This document shows positions 25,001 through 37,000 of a DNA stretch of 61,334 nucleotides, in pieces. Each line of letters begins with the position of its first letter. Position 1 is the first letter of the stretch. The DNA lies in the NCBI GenBank assembly GCA_032718475.1, contig JAUCBJ010006171.1, forward strand, positions 1 to 61,334, read 5' to 3'. The stretch is from Nemertoderma westbladi (lineage: Eukaryota; Animalia; Xenacoelomorpha). The notes beneath the pieces are model-generated. The model did not search any database and had not been told where the DNA came from. It was given only the letters and a program-made list of their open reading frames with translations. The position numbers and the translations under genes are program-made.

Positions 25001-28000
25001 CTTGGAATATCTCACCTCAACGATGTCAGTCGCAACCGACACATGCTGATGGAGTACACCGATCTGTCTGTATTGTTCGCCGGTGCGTCCGGTCTGTTTG
25101 TCGTGTTCGGCTCACTGAACTACGCCGCCGATTTGGTGGTTTTGCGGCAAGCCGTGGGTATGTCTCGCTCTGCCGTGGCGGCACATTTAGCAATGTGCGC
25201 GGCCTTCCTCTACGTGTGGTTCGCAGTCGCCTGGACTATTATCAATAGGGCGGATACAGCGGGTACATTGGATCCCGTTACACTGAATACCTTTGATGAT
25301 GAGCCAGAGAACGTTAATAAATGAACCGCACCGGATAATGCATTCACAGCACAAACAATGGGAGTCCAATAGGATGTTCAGGAACTAAACATTATTTGGG
25401 AACTATGTGCTTCTATTTGTAGGATGTGGTGTTTGCGGCCACTAATAGTTAATTTCTGATAAATATTGATTATTTCTACACAGAAGTCAGCATCTCCAGG
25501 GGAAAATCGACGCAAATAATAGCTGATGTTGGTTTGGTTATATTGAAAAATATCGAATGGTACAGGATCGTTATACAGAGAATATCACCTGTTCTAGGAG
25601 TGATATATTGTATATCACTCCTAGGACAGGTGATATTCTGTTTATCACATGTGTTCGAACTTATTGAACACGAATAGGGCCATCCTGCAATAAGGTACAA
25701 CGAACCCCACTCCACAATTTAGTATTTTCCTCTCCAATTTTTATATTATAGCTAGTACTTGTTGCTTTTTTTATAGAAATCGTTCTCGAATAAGCTAGCT
25801 ATTTATTTTGAAAACATTAACCCTTAGTTACAAATATTTTTAATTTCAGAACTGATTTTGGAAATATATCTTGATTATATTTTAAACACATGGGAACGAT
25901 TAATTACACACCACCTATGGCCGCGTTCACACTAAAAGAGTCAAAGTCAAAAAAAAATAAATGTAGCTACTGTAGAAATAATAAATAATAATACATTATA
26001 TAATATATTACATAAGCAGATAAGGGCATTCTATAAAAAATTAAATTGTGTTTTACAATTTGTCTTTTGACTTTGACTCGGTTGTGTGAACGTGGCCTAA
26101 GAATGTTTGGAATTGCTTATTTTTTTCATTTAAGAACAAGTTCGCTAACGGTATTATATAAAAGATGTTCTAGAAAATTGTTCCAGAACTTTTATTTATA
26201 TATTTAATAACGAACATTGTGTAGGGCATTTTCATTTTTATTTGATAGTCAAAGTAGGACTACCTAGTAATTATTCACTAGCTAGTTTTTTTTATACAAA
26301 ATATAGGCAGATGCAAAATACAGTTTTTACTATTCAGAAATGTAAATTATATACATTTTTATTATACACATTCAGAACACTCACTACCTGTGCTTATCGT
26401 GTTTAATAATAATATTTTCTTGATCTTTTCCAGAGCAACCAAAAAAATTTCTAGATTTATTTATCTTATCATTTCGATAATATATTGATGATACGGAAAT
26501 TGCCTAAATAAAAGGGGCACTACAAATTTTCTTTTGTAATTTTAAGATCACTAGCTACCTTTAAAAACACTAGCTACCATAATAAAAAAATAATAGGTAA
26601 CCTCTCTCAGAAGGTGAAATTTACGTTCTAGAACACAAAACATGATGATAATATCCATTAACATTGTCAACAATTGATCAAAAATTAGGTACCAAAAATT
26701 TGGTTTTGTAATTTTAAAAACAGTAGCTACCTAAAAAAAAACACTAGCTAACGTCTCACAGAAGATGACATTTATGTTCTAAAACAAAAAACCTCATGAT
26801 AATAGCCATTAACATGGTCAAATAAATGGTCAAAAAGTGGGTACCTATAACATAGTAGTGCCAAAACACGCAATTAATTAGTAATACAAGTTTCAATAAT
26901 TTTTGAATATAGCTAACTGTATATCACACGGTGGTGGGCTCAAACTCACAAAAAGTGGCCAAAAAAATCATTTTTTTGTAAAAAAAAAAAAAATTTTCCC
27001 AAAGTATGTAATATTATATATCACCAGAAAGCTCTTGATGCGCTGAATTCAATGATGGTAATTTACTTATTTCCCAATAGCAATAGCATTTACCAATAGC
27101 TGGTAACAAATAATTGAGAAAAACTGATGTCCATTCCTGTGACACATGTCCCACAATGTAACGCCCGATATCAGCCAATCAGAGCCCTTGGATGGTGATT
27201 TCCGATGCCTGTAACAATTTGTCCCACCATGTAACACCAGTTGTAATTACACCGATATGTTAAATTAACCTAGATTTCGTCTCTGAGTGGGAGCTATGCA
27301 GCAATACCTGATCCCAGTAACACCTCCCAATAAAGCTTATTTGAAAATATAATCAATCATGTACTTCCCACTCCGTCTCCCACACCCTCCACAGATCCTC
27401 TTGTACTTTACACTCCGTCTCCCACACCCTCCAGACAGATCCTCCCATAATTCCCACTCCATCTCCCACACCCTCTACAGATCCCCCCATACTTCCCACT
27501 CCGTCTCCCACACCCTCCGCAGATCCGCCTGTACTTCCGTCTCCATCTCCCACACCCTCCATAGAGATTCCTGTACTTCCCACTCCGTCTCACACACCAT
27601 CCACACCACAGATCCCCCCATACCTCCCACTCCGTCTCCCACACCCTCCCTAGATCCTCCTGTACTTCCCACTCCGTCTCCCACACCCTCCACAGATCAT
27701 CTTGTACTTCCCACTCTGTCTCCCACACCCTCACCCTCCACAGATCCTCCCATACTTCCCACTCCATCTTTCCCACCCTACACAGATCCTCCTGTACTTC
27801 CCACTCCGTCTCCCACACCCTCCACAGATCATCTTGTACTTCCCACTCTGTCTCCCACACCCTCCACATATCCTCCCATACTTCCCACTCCATCTTTCCC
27901 ACCCTCCACAGATCCTCCTGAGCTTCCCACTCCGTCTCCCACACCCTCCACAGATCCTCATGTACTTCACACTCCGTCTCCTATACCCTCCAAAGATCCT

Positions 28001-31000
28001 CCTGAGCTTCCCACTCCATCTCCCACACCCTCCACAGATCCTCCTGTACTTCACACTCCGTCTCCTATACCCTCCACAGATCCTCCTGAGCTTCCCACTC
28101 CGTCTCCCACACCCTCCACAGATCATCTTGTACTTCCCACTCTGTCTCCCACATCCTCCACAGATCCTCCCATACTTCCCACTCCATATTTCCCACCCTC
28201 CACAGATCCTCCTGAGCTTCCCACTCCGTCTCCCACATCCTCCACAGATCCTCCTGTACTTCACACTCCGTCTCTTATACCCTCCACAGATCCTCCTGAG
28301 CTTCCCACTCCGTCTCCCACACCCTCCACAGATCCTCCTGTACTTCACACTCCGTCTCCTATACCCTCCACAAATCCTCCTGAGCTTCCCACTCCGTCTC
28401 CCACATCCTCCACAGATCCTCCCATACTTCCCACTCCATCTTTAACACCCCCCACAGATCCTCCTGAGCTTCCAACTCCGTCTCCCACACCCTCCACAGA
28501 TCCTCCTGTACTTCCCACTCCGTCTCCCACACCCTCCACAGATCATCTTGTACTTCCCACTCTGTCTCCCACATCCTCCACAGATCCTCCCATACTTCCC
28601 ACTCCATCTTTCCCACCCTCCACAGATCCTCCTGAGCTTCCCACTCCGTCTCCCACACCCTCCACAGATCCTCCTGTACTTCACACTCCGTTTCCTATAC
28701 CCTCCACAGATCCTCCTGTAATTCCCACTCCGTCTCCCACACACTCCACAGAACCTCCTGTATTTCCCACTCCGTCTCCCACACCCTCCACAGATCCTCC
28801 TGTACTTCACACTCCGTTTCCTATACCCTCCACAGATCCTCCTGTAATTCCCACTCCGTCTCCCACATCCTCCACAGATCCTCCCATACTTCCCACTCCA
28901 TCTTTCCCACCCTCCACAGATCCTCCTGAGCTTCCCACTCCGTCTCCCACATCCTCCACAGATCATCCTGAGCTTCCCACTCCGTCTCCCACATCCTCCA
29001 CAGATCCTCCTGTACTTCACACTCTGTCTCCTATACCCTCCACAGATCCTCCTGCGCTTCCCACTCCGTCTCCAACACCATCCACAGATCCTCCTGTACT
29101 TCACACTCTGTCTCCTATACCCTCCACAGATCCTCCTGTACTTCCCACTCCGTCTCCCACATCCTCCACAGATCCTCCTGTACTTCACACTCTGTCTCCT
29201 ATACCCTCCACAGATCCTCCTGCGCTTCCCACTCCGTCTCCAACATCCTCAACAGATCCTCCTGTACTTCACACTCCGTCTCCTATACCCTCCACAGATC
29301 CTCCTGAGCTTCCCACTCCGTCTCCCACATCCTCCACAGATCCTCCTGAGCTTCCCACTCCGTCTCCCACACCATCCACAGATCCTCCTGTACTTCACAC
29401 TCTGTCTCCTATACCCTCCACAGATCCTCCTGTACTTCCCACTCCGTCTCCCACATCCTCCACAGATCCTCCTGTACTTCCCACTCCGTCTCCCACATCC
29501 TCCACAGATCCTCCTGTACTTCAAACTCCGTCTCCTATGCCCTCCACAGATCCTCCTGAGCTTCCCATTCCGTCTCCCACATCCTCCACAGATCCTCCTG
29601 TACTTCCCACTCCGTCTCCACTCGCTTCTCCTCTGGCGCCGCCGAACTACTCTCGCTCCTCCGACTACTCCCCTTGCACCTCTACCTTTTCCCCTCTGAC
29701 CTCCAACTGCTACCCTTGCACCTCTACTATTTCCCCTCTGACCTCTAACTGCTCACCTTGCACCTCTACCTTTTCCCCTCTGACCTCCAACTGCTCCCAT
29801 CACAACTCTAACATTCTGCCCGTCCACCTCTAACACCTCCTCTTGCACTTATAACGCTATCCCCTGCCTTGCCACCTCCACCGATATCTCTCACTTTTCC
29901 CTTCCTTACATCATCAGCATCCAGTATTCCATCTGATTCATCGTCTTCAATAGTTTCAATGACACCTTCCGCCTGAGACACATGGACTGCCACGCCATGC
30001 TCGTTGCAGAATAGTGGACTCACTTTCTTACAAGAAATATTTATAATATAGATATCGCCACCCTGGTTATATATAATCTCGTGGGCCTTTCCAATTCCCT
30101 GGATGGGGCCTATGTTACTTGGTATGGTAGCCTTTACCAGTTCCACATCATTAGCCGAGTATGAAAATATCTTGGTTTTAATACGAGATTTCAGCATGGC
30201 AATTATGTTATTGAAGCTAGGGGTATCGCCATCAATGTGCATGACAATAATGTTTGATAATGTCCTCTTAATCGTCCCTTCCCGTGACCAGCCTCCAAAT
30301 ATATCCAACGGATTTTCTTATTTTTAGGCCTTAGCAACTTCATTAAATAGAAATACAATTAATAGTCCTGCGGTTCTACTGAAGTGTTACAGGTGAAACA
30401 TGTCCTACTCTGTAGCCCAAATTTATTTATCCGATTTACATGTTACATGTGGGACGTCCCGCCCTGTAACGATTTTCTGTGTTACAGGTGGGACAAAGCT
30501 CATGCTGATAAATGTAAAAGCAACTGAAGTCAATTCCACAGTCAATTGTTGCCACAAATGATTACTTACGGTAAAGACCAATATTTGGGCTATCTGCTGA
30601 TATTAGAATCTTCATATGACGTTTGTTAGAACAGATTCTAGAGCATGGTAAAGCAGTGCGCTTGGCGTTACACATGGGACAATCCTAATTGACATAATCG
30701 ACTCGCACGTATAAAACCAGCCATATCTCCGGTTGTGTTTTGTATTTTTTCATAAAATCTCGAATGTTCAACTTCCCGAAGATTTTCCTTTCAAATAAGA
30801 ATTTAGTTTATAGAATCCCAATAAAAACCTATTGGTGAATTCAGTTGTTACCGTTTGGGACAAGTAATTGTCAAAAATAGGGGTATAAAATAATTATCTA
30901 TTGTTATATTTAAATATGATATCAATAAAACAATTTGGGAGTTATTCCATTGCATTCCTCTATTATTTAGCTTTAAAATGAGCTATAACTTGTTGAAATA

Positions 31001-34000
31001 CACCCAGTAGATGTCAAAATACATCCCCCACAATGCAATGAACTTTTTTGGACAATTGAAAAACCTGAATTTTTTTAGTACTAAAAGGTCTGTAAAATCT
31101 TTCAAATCTGAGTTGCACTATGATTTTTTGTGCATCTGTTGCACCATAAAATTATCTTCAAAAATATATATAACTGTACTAGGTTCCAAAAAAATATTCT
31201 AAAATTAAGTCGAATCGTGTGGGAAACGTTTTTGGCCACTTTGGCCGTTGTTTGCCGTTTGGGCCGGTGTAATATACAATATATCAACCGCTAAAAATAA
31301 GTGAGAACATGTGATAAACAATACTGTATTTAAAAAGAAATTAAAAATAAAACATCGAAGCTTATTGGGGTGGTAACTTTCACATTAGTAACTTTTTGCC
31401 ACTTTATCTGCTGGTCAAGAAAATATAAAACAATGAAAATGAAAAAGAAAGAAAATGCAAAACTTATGTGAAAATTATAATGTCACCTATTTACCATAGC
31501 AACGCAAGTGCAAATGTCCGATTATTTAGAGCAGCAGTAGTTCCAGTATTCCTCTATGGGAGTCCATACTGGGCTCTAACTGCTGAGGACACCAAATCTA
31601 TGGATGGCACATTCACAAGAATGCTACGCCGGGTTCATTGTGTCAAGTACAATGCACACATCTCCAACCAGATACTATATAACATTGGAGGTGTCTCATT
31701 GGTTCCCCCAAGCTTGACACTAGAACAAAATCGCCTCCGCTTTGCAGGACATTGCTTTCGCCGTGAGGACCAGCCAGTGCATAATCTTTTGCTTTGGCAG
31801 CCTCATGGAGTCAATAAGCATGGCGGACAGCCCATGACTTTCTTGAGACGCATCTTAAAGGACACTGGCCTTGAAGATGCGGATGATCTAGCAAATGTCA
31901 TGGGTGATAGGGAGTTGTGGCGGCGCAATTTTGTCGACAAGCCGGCACAGCATTCTTAAAAATGCAGCTGCAAAGCAGCATGCCGATCCTAGTAGTACCA
32001 TAGCAATCAGCAACTAAGAATTAAAATATTTTTCTCCTTTACTTTTCACATTTATTTCTAGCAGATAAAGATGGAAAAAGTTATTAAAGTTAATTAAATC
32101 AAAAGTTAATCAAAGTAAATTAATTATTTTGTGCAGCAGCAGTGCAGTGCAGCATTCCGGGTAGTGTTATAGTAGGTCATGGATGGCCCTCCACGTGTTC
32201 AATAAGTTCGAACACATACGTGATAAACATGCGACAAGTTTATCACCTGTTCTAGAAGTGATATACGATATATCAACCTTGGAAATAAACTTGTAAAACA
32301 ACCTCGGCCTTCGGTCTCGGTAGTTATACGGTTTATTTTGCTTCAGGTGAATATATCCGTATATCCATCTCTAAAATATTGAATAATATCAGTTTATTGT
32401 TTGGTTGTAAAACACTGCCACTGTAACTTAACCCTTTCTAACTACGAAATCGACTTTGGTTTATCGTTTTTTTGTTATAAAACACTGCCTCTGTAAGCTG
32501 TAACCTACTACTTTCCCTTAGCTTAATTTAAAACTTACCAATATACCAAGTATGTGAACTTTCCACCATCAAATGTTCAACTTACTTGCATTCTTTGCAT
32601 TTGGCACCATAGAACAGCACCTTCCGACAGTAATCGCAGTTGGTACCGAAAACAAACACTCTATTGGCGAATCGGTGTTTAATTTTATGAAAGATCCGAC
32701 CTGAAACATACATTTTACACTGTACTACTTACATTGTTCGCTTAATTTAACGCAATGTAATAAAGTAAAGGTATTAGATTATATATAACCTCATCCGATT
32801 TACTGAAACTGACCCGATGTCTGCCGGATATCAAATAGCAATATCCGGTTCATCCCTCCCTAATCACTATGGCAACGGATTTGATAAACAAATACTATAA
32901 ATGTCTAATATTTTATATCGCCTTTACTCACTACCAAATCTGAAAATGAGACCTTAATCGTCTTGAATTATAGTTATAGAAGAAATTATTAAATTAATAT
33001 TTGAAATAGTGAGAACTGCAAAAAACAAATATGTGCCGATCTAAGTTTAGGCGACAAAAGTAATATTATTTTCGTTTTGGGTTTGAAAACTAATGGAGTT
33101 GTTAATTAAAATAAAAACAAATACAACAATGGAGCCGTGACAGCTCTGTGGTATTAATTAGCCTTACAGAATCCTAGTTGCTGAGAGGGGAGGGCTGGCT
33201 ACTCTCCTACCAAACATCAGCACACCGATGAATAATAAATAACTCAGCGGAAACATGCCGGTCTAATTGCAATCGGATGCAAATGCACTCAACATTAATT
33301 ATAGTTGTCACTCACTTTATTTGTAGTTACCAATAATTTAGACATTAAGTGGACATTGATAGCGTTAACTAGAGAGTACAACGTGAAGTATAGGAACTGA
33401 TCAGAGATCAGCAGTTGTTGATGAATAGCTTGAGTATTGCAACTTGATGAGATTTGGGAATACACTAGTTTCGCAACGGGATTCGGGATCCACAATTTGC
33501 GGGATTCGGGATCGGGATTGCAACTGTCGGGATCCCGATTTTCGGGATCGCGATCGGGGTTTTTCATTTTATTGCGGCCAACTCATCCAAAACTTAAAAT
33601 GCTATCTACCCTGCCCTCTTTATAGGAGTTAAAAACTTCGAGAAATCTCATGTACTAAAAAATGCCTAGATATGTAAAAATATCCACTGACTTATTTTTT
33701 CAAATGATTCACAGACATAATTTATTTCATAAAGATTTAATATAATTTCTGGTTCTGCAACATTTTTAATATTTTATATATCTACTGCAGTCTGACTGAA
33801 TCGCTGCCACATAAAAATATTAATCATATTCAATAAAAAGCAACAAGTTTTTATATTATTTATATTAAAGATATATAGACATTCATATATATATTTAATA
33901 TATTTAATTAATGAATTTAAGATATATGGGTGAATAAGCTTAAAAGTGGCCAAAAAGGGGTACAAATTGACCGAAAAATTTCTGTCAGAAATTAGTGCCA

Positions 34001-37000
34001 TACCATACACCATTCGAAAGATAATTTCATGGCGAATCTTGTGATGGTAGAGGGAGAGCATGACGCGCTGCTCTTATGGCAAAAACTAATGTCATATCTG
34101 TAACGTTTTTGTCTACCACTGTAACGCATTACAGTGATGACATTTATGGGACAAACGTCTGTAACGGCCATCTGTAACGGTAATTATGTTATGGATTTTG
34201 CAGTATTTATAACTTATTGCTTCGACAATAAGGTAATTTATTGGACAAACATCTGTAACAAACAGCGATATCTGACCATAACCATCGCATCTACTAAATT
34301 ATATGTACTTAATACACATTATTTCCAATAAATAGAAAAAGTTTTTCATTAACATTTTTCTGTGTAACCGATAATCTTGTTTTACACGATTTTTTTTATC
34401 CCGTTTCGCCGCTTCTGTTATGATCTATTATGATCACAATCTGTTATGTTTATGAAATCCCAGGTTGAGTAGCACAACTACCACTTATTGAGTGTAATAG
34501 TGCCGTATAAAAAAATAGTAGTAGTATAGTATACAAGCTTGCCAGCGAGAGCTGGCAATAATGCACGGATCCATTGCTATAAGCATTGTTGTAAGAAATT
34601 ACGCGCCTGCAGGGTGTCTAATCATGAAAAACGAAACATTGGGCAAAGGACCGTCTGTACAATATATTGTTTGTTAAAAAACCGGCGTTTGTAGGAAATG
34701 TATCTTCTACAATTCTAAACGAAATAAAGCGAAATTTTGCAGAAAGCACATTTTATTAATACTTTTAAAATTTATAGGATGGAGATTGTATATATTTGCA
34801 ATTAATTCCTAGATTAAGATTACTTAGCACGGACCCAGAAGCTCTGGATTTATACAATTTCATATGTGAAGTGAATCTGCGCTTTACTCCCTAGAATCCA
34901 CAATCACCTCTTCCCGGATAGAGATAAACATGAATCCGTGTTTTACTCCCCTTACGGACTCCGTTACAGATAGGACTGTCATATAGATATGACTGAAAAC
35001 CTACAGTCTGTAACGCATCGATAACTGGTTATATAATGCGTTACAGATGAGACATCCCTTATCTGTAACGCACTGCACTGTAACGGTGACGCGTTACAGA
35101 TGGTTGACAAAAACGCTTACCACCGCCATGCATCATAGGTGTTTATTTATCACATTAACTTTTGGGGTTAATGCGGCATAAATTCAAATTGCCTTTCCAC
35201 ACGTACCATTATACTTGTATGAGATTAATATTATCAAAATCTATGGGCCACATTTGTAACGTTACAGATATGGACGTTTATGCTTTCTATATTGACTTTG
35301 TTAAACATAAATGCTTCCCAAATGAGATTACCTTGTCCTTTGTATGTGATATTTGGCCTATATATGTTAGAAACCCTGTAGATTCTAAATATATCAAAAC
35401 TGAAAACCTACAGTTACTACTTCAGATTCTAGACATAAATGTTACAGATGTGACACAAAAATTGAAAAATCCATGCCCATTTTATGTATCGATCTCAAAT
35501 GGTTCAACATGAATATTATGGCCTGAAATATATCAGAAAAGAAAGCAAAACATCTAAGCTTCCCAACAATATAGGTTTTCTATATATTTGCCACTTGGAG
35601 TGATACAATTTACAGTTGTTTGTGGTCGTGTCATGTAAGGGACAACTGATTTTCACGATATTTCAGTCTTTGATGGGGCATATCTTTTGACTGCCTTAAC
35701 AGATTTTCTTAATTTTTTGTGCGTAAGCTGCGCAAATAAATTAGCTACAAAATAATATATAACTTTATTAAATACGAATAAATTAAAGCATTGAAAATTA
35801 TATCGTAACTTCAGGACAAACCATTGGCCACTTTTAAGCTTATTGACCCATATATCCTTCATCATACGGATGTGAGTTTTCCGAAAATATGTTTTTTCAA
35901 GGAAATTTCCGGAAAAGTAAATTTCACCCGTATTTACGACCACAAGAGCCAAGACACCGACCGACCAGCTCAACACCACTAAACAAGCAGGAATCACTTG
36001 TTTCTAGTGTTTACTCTACTTGTGTTTTCCTACAGATTCAGAATGTGTATAAACTGACAAAAGGTAAAATTGTGAGGGATTTAAAATTGAAAATAGGAGA
36101 TTTCCGGAAAAATGTCTAGAAAATTTCCGTACATTTCCAGACTCAATCATCTTTATCTACCATCCAATGAAAATCAAAATTTTTTTATTTGACAAAAATG
36201 TTTGTTTTTGTTATTGGCAAAAATTGTACATTTGTATACAATTTTACAAATCGTAAGCTGCAGGGCATATCAATTCAGATATAGGAAATCCCGACAAATC
36301 CCGATATTTTTCCATCGGGATCGGGATTTTCCATCGGGATTCGGATTTTCGGGATCGCGATCCCATTGCAACACTAGAATACACCGGATATCGACCAGAC
36401 CATTACCCTTATGTTGTATGAAAATACTAAAGAGTAAAAGAACGAGCACAAAGCCTAAAGGGACATCATCACGGATATTTATTTATCGAAGTGACAATCA
36501 AACTATCCTCTGAGAATTATATTTTATTATTATTTACCGTATATATATATTAATTTAAGTTATTTAAGCTAAATTTAGACATTCTGCTCTCGTGCAATAT
36601 AAGTAACTGTAATATCCTTTATTACGTATTTTATTACTATATTTCCTGCTAGTATCCGTTCCACTCTCCCACTCACACTGTTCCCTTTAATTATACTCCC
36701 ACTACACGTTTCCTTCTCCAAGCCCGACACAAACTATTGTTTTTATTTTATTATTGCATCTTGTAACTTTTCTAAGAACCGATTCGGAACTAAGAAATTT
36801 AAAGGATACAATACTCTCTTCCTACAATATGGAAGTGCCGAGATCGAATGGAGTTTTTAAGCGCCCATAATGTCTTAGCGCACTAAAGCTTCTTTACCGT
36901 TGTCTTACTGCTTTGGGATTATATTAAACACAGCGGTCAATCACGTAACAAGCTTCAACAACTCAGTAAAATATGCTGGTTCGGATAAAAGTTCTGCACA

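Noticed and set aside
26516-26862. Second Merlin-type MITE (GGCACTAC...GTAGTGCC)
   Set aside because: Only an 8-bp terminal match and no target-site duplication.
27359-29833. 824-aa mucin/extensin-like gene
   Set aside because: The frame stays open because a 42-bp C/T-rich unit lacks stops. The N-terminus drifts through different frames of the same repeat, there is no signal peptide or domain, and it lies inside a transposon.
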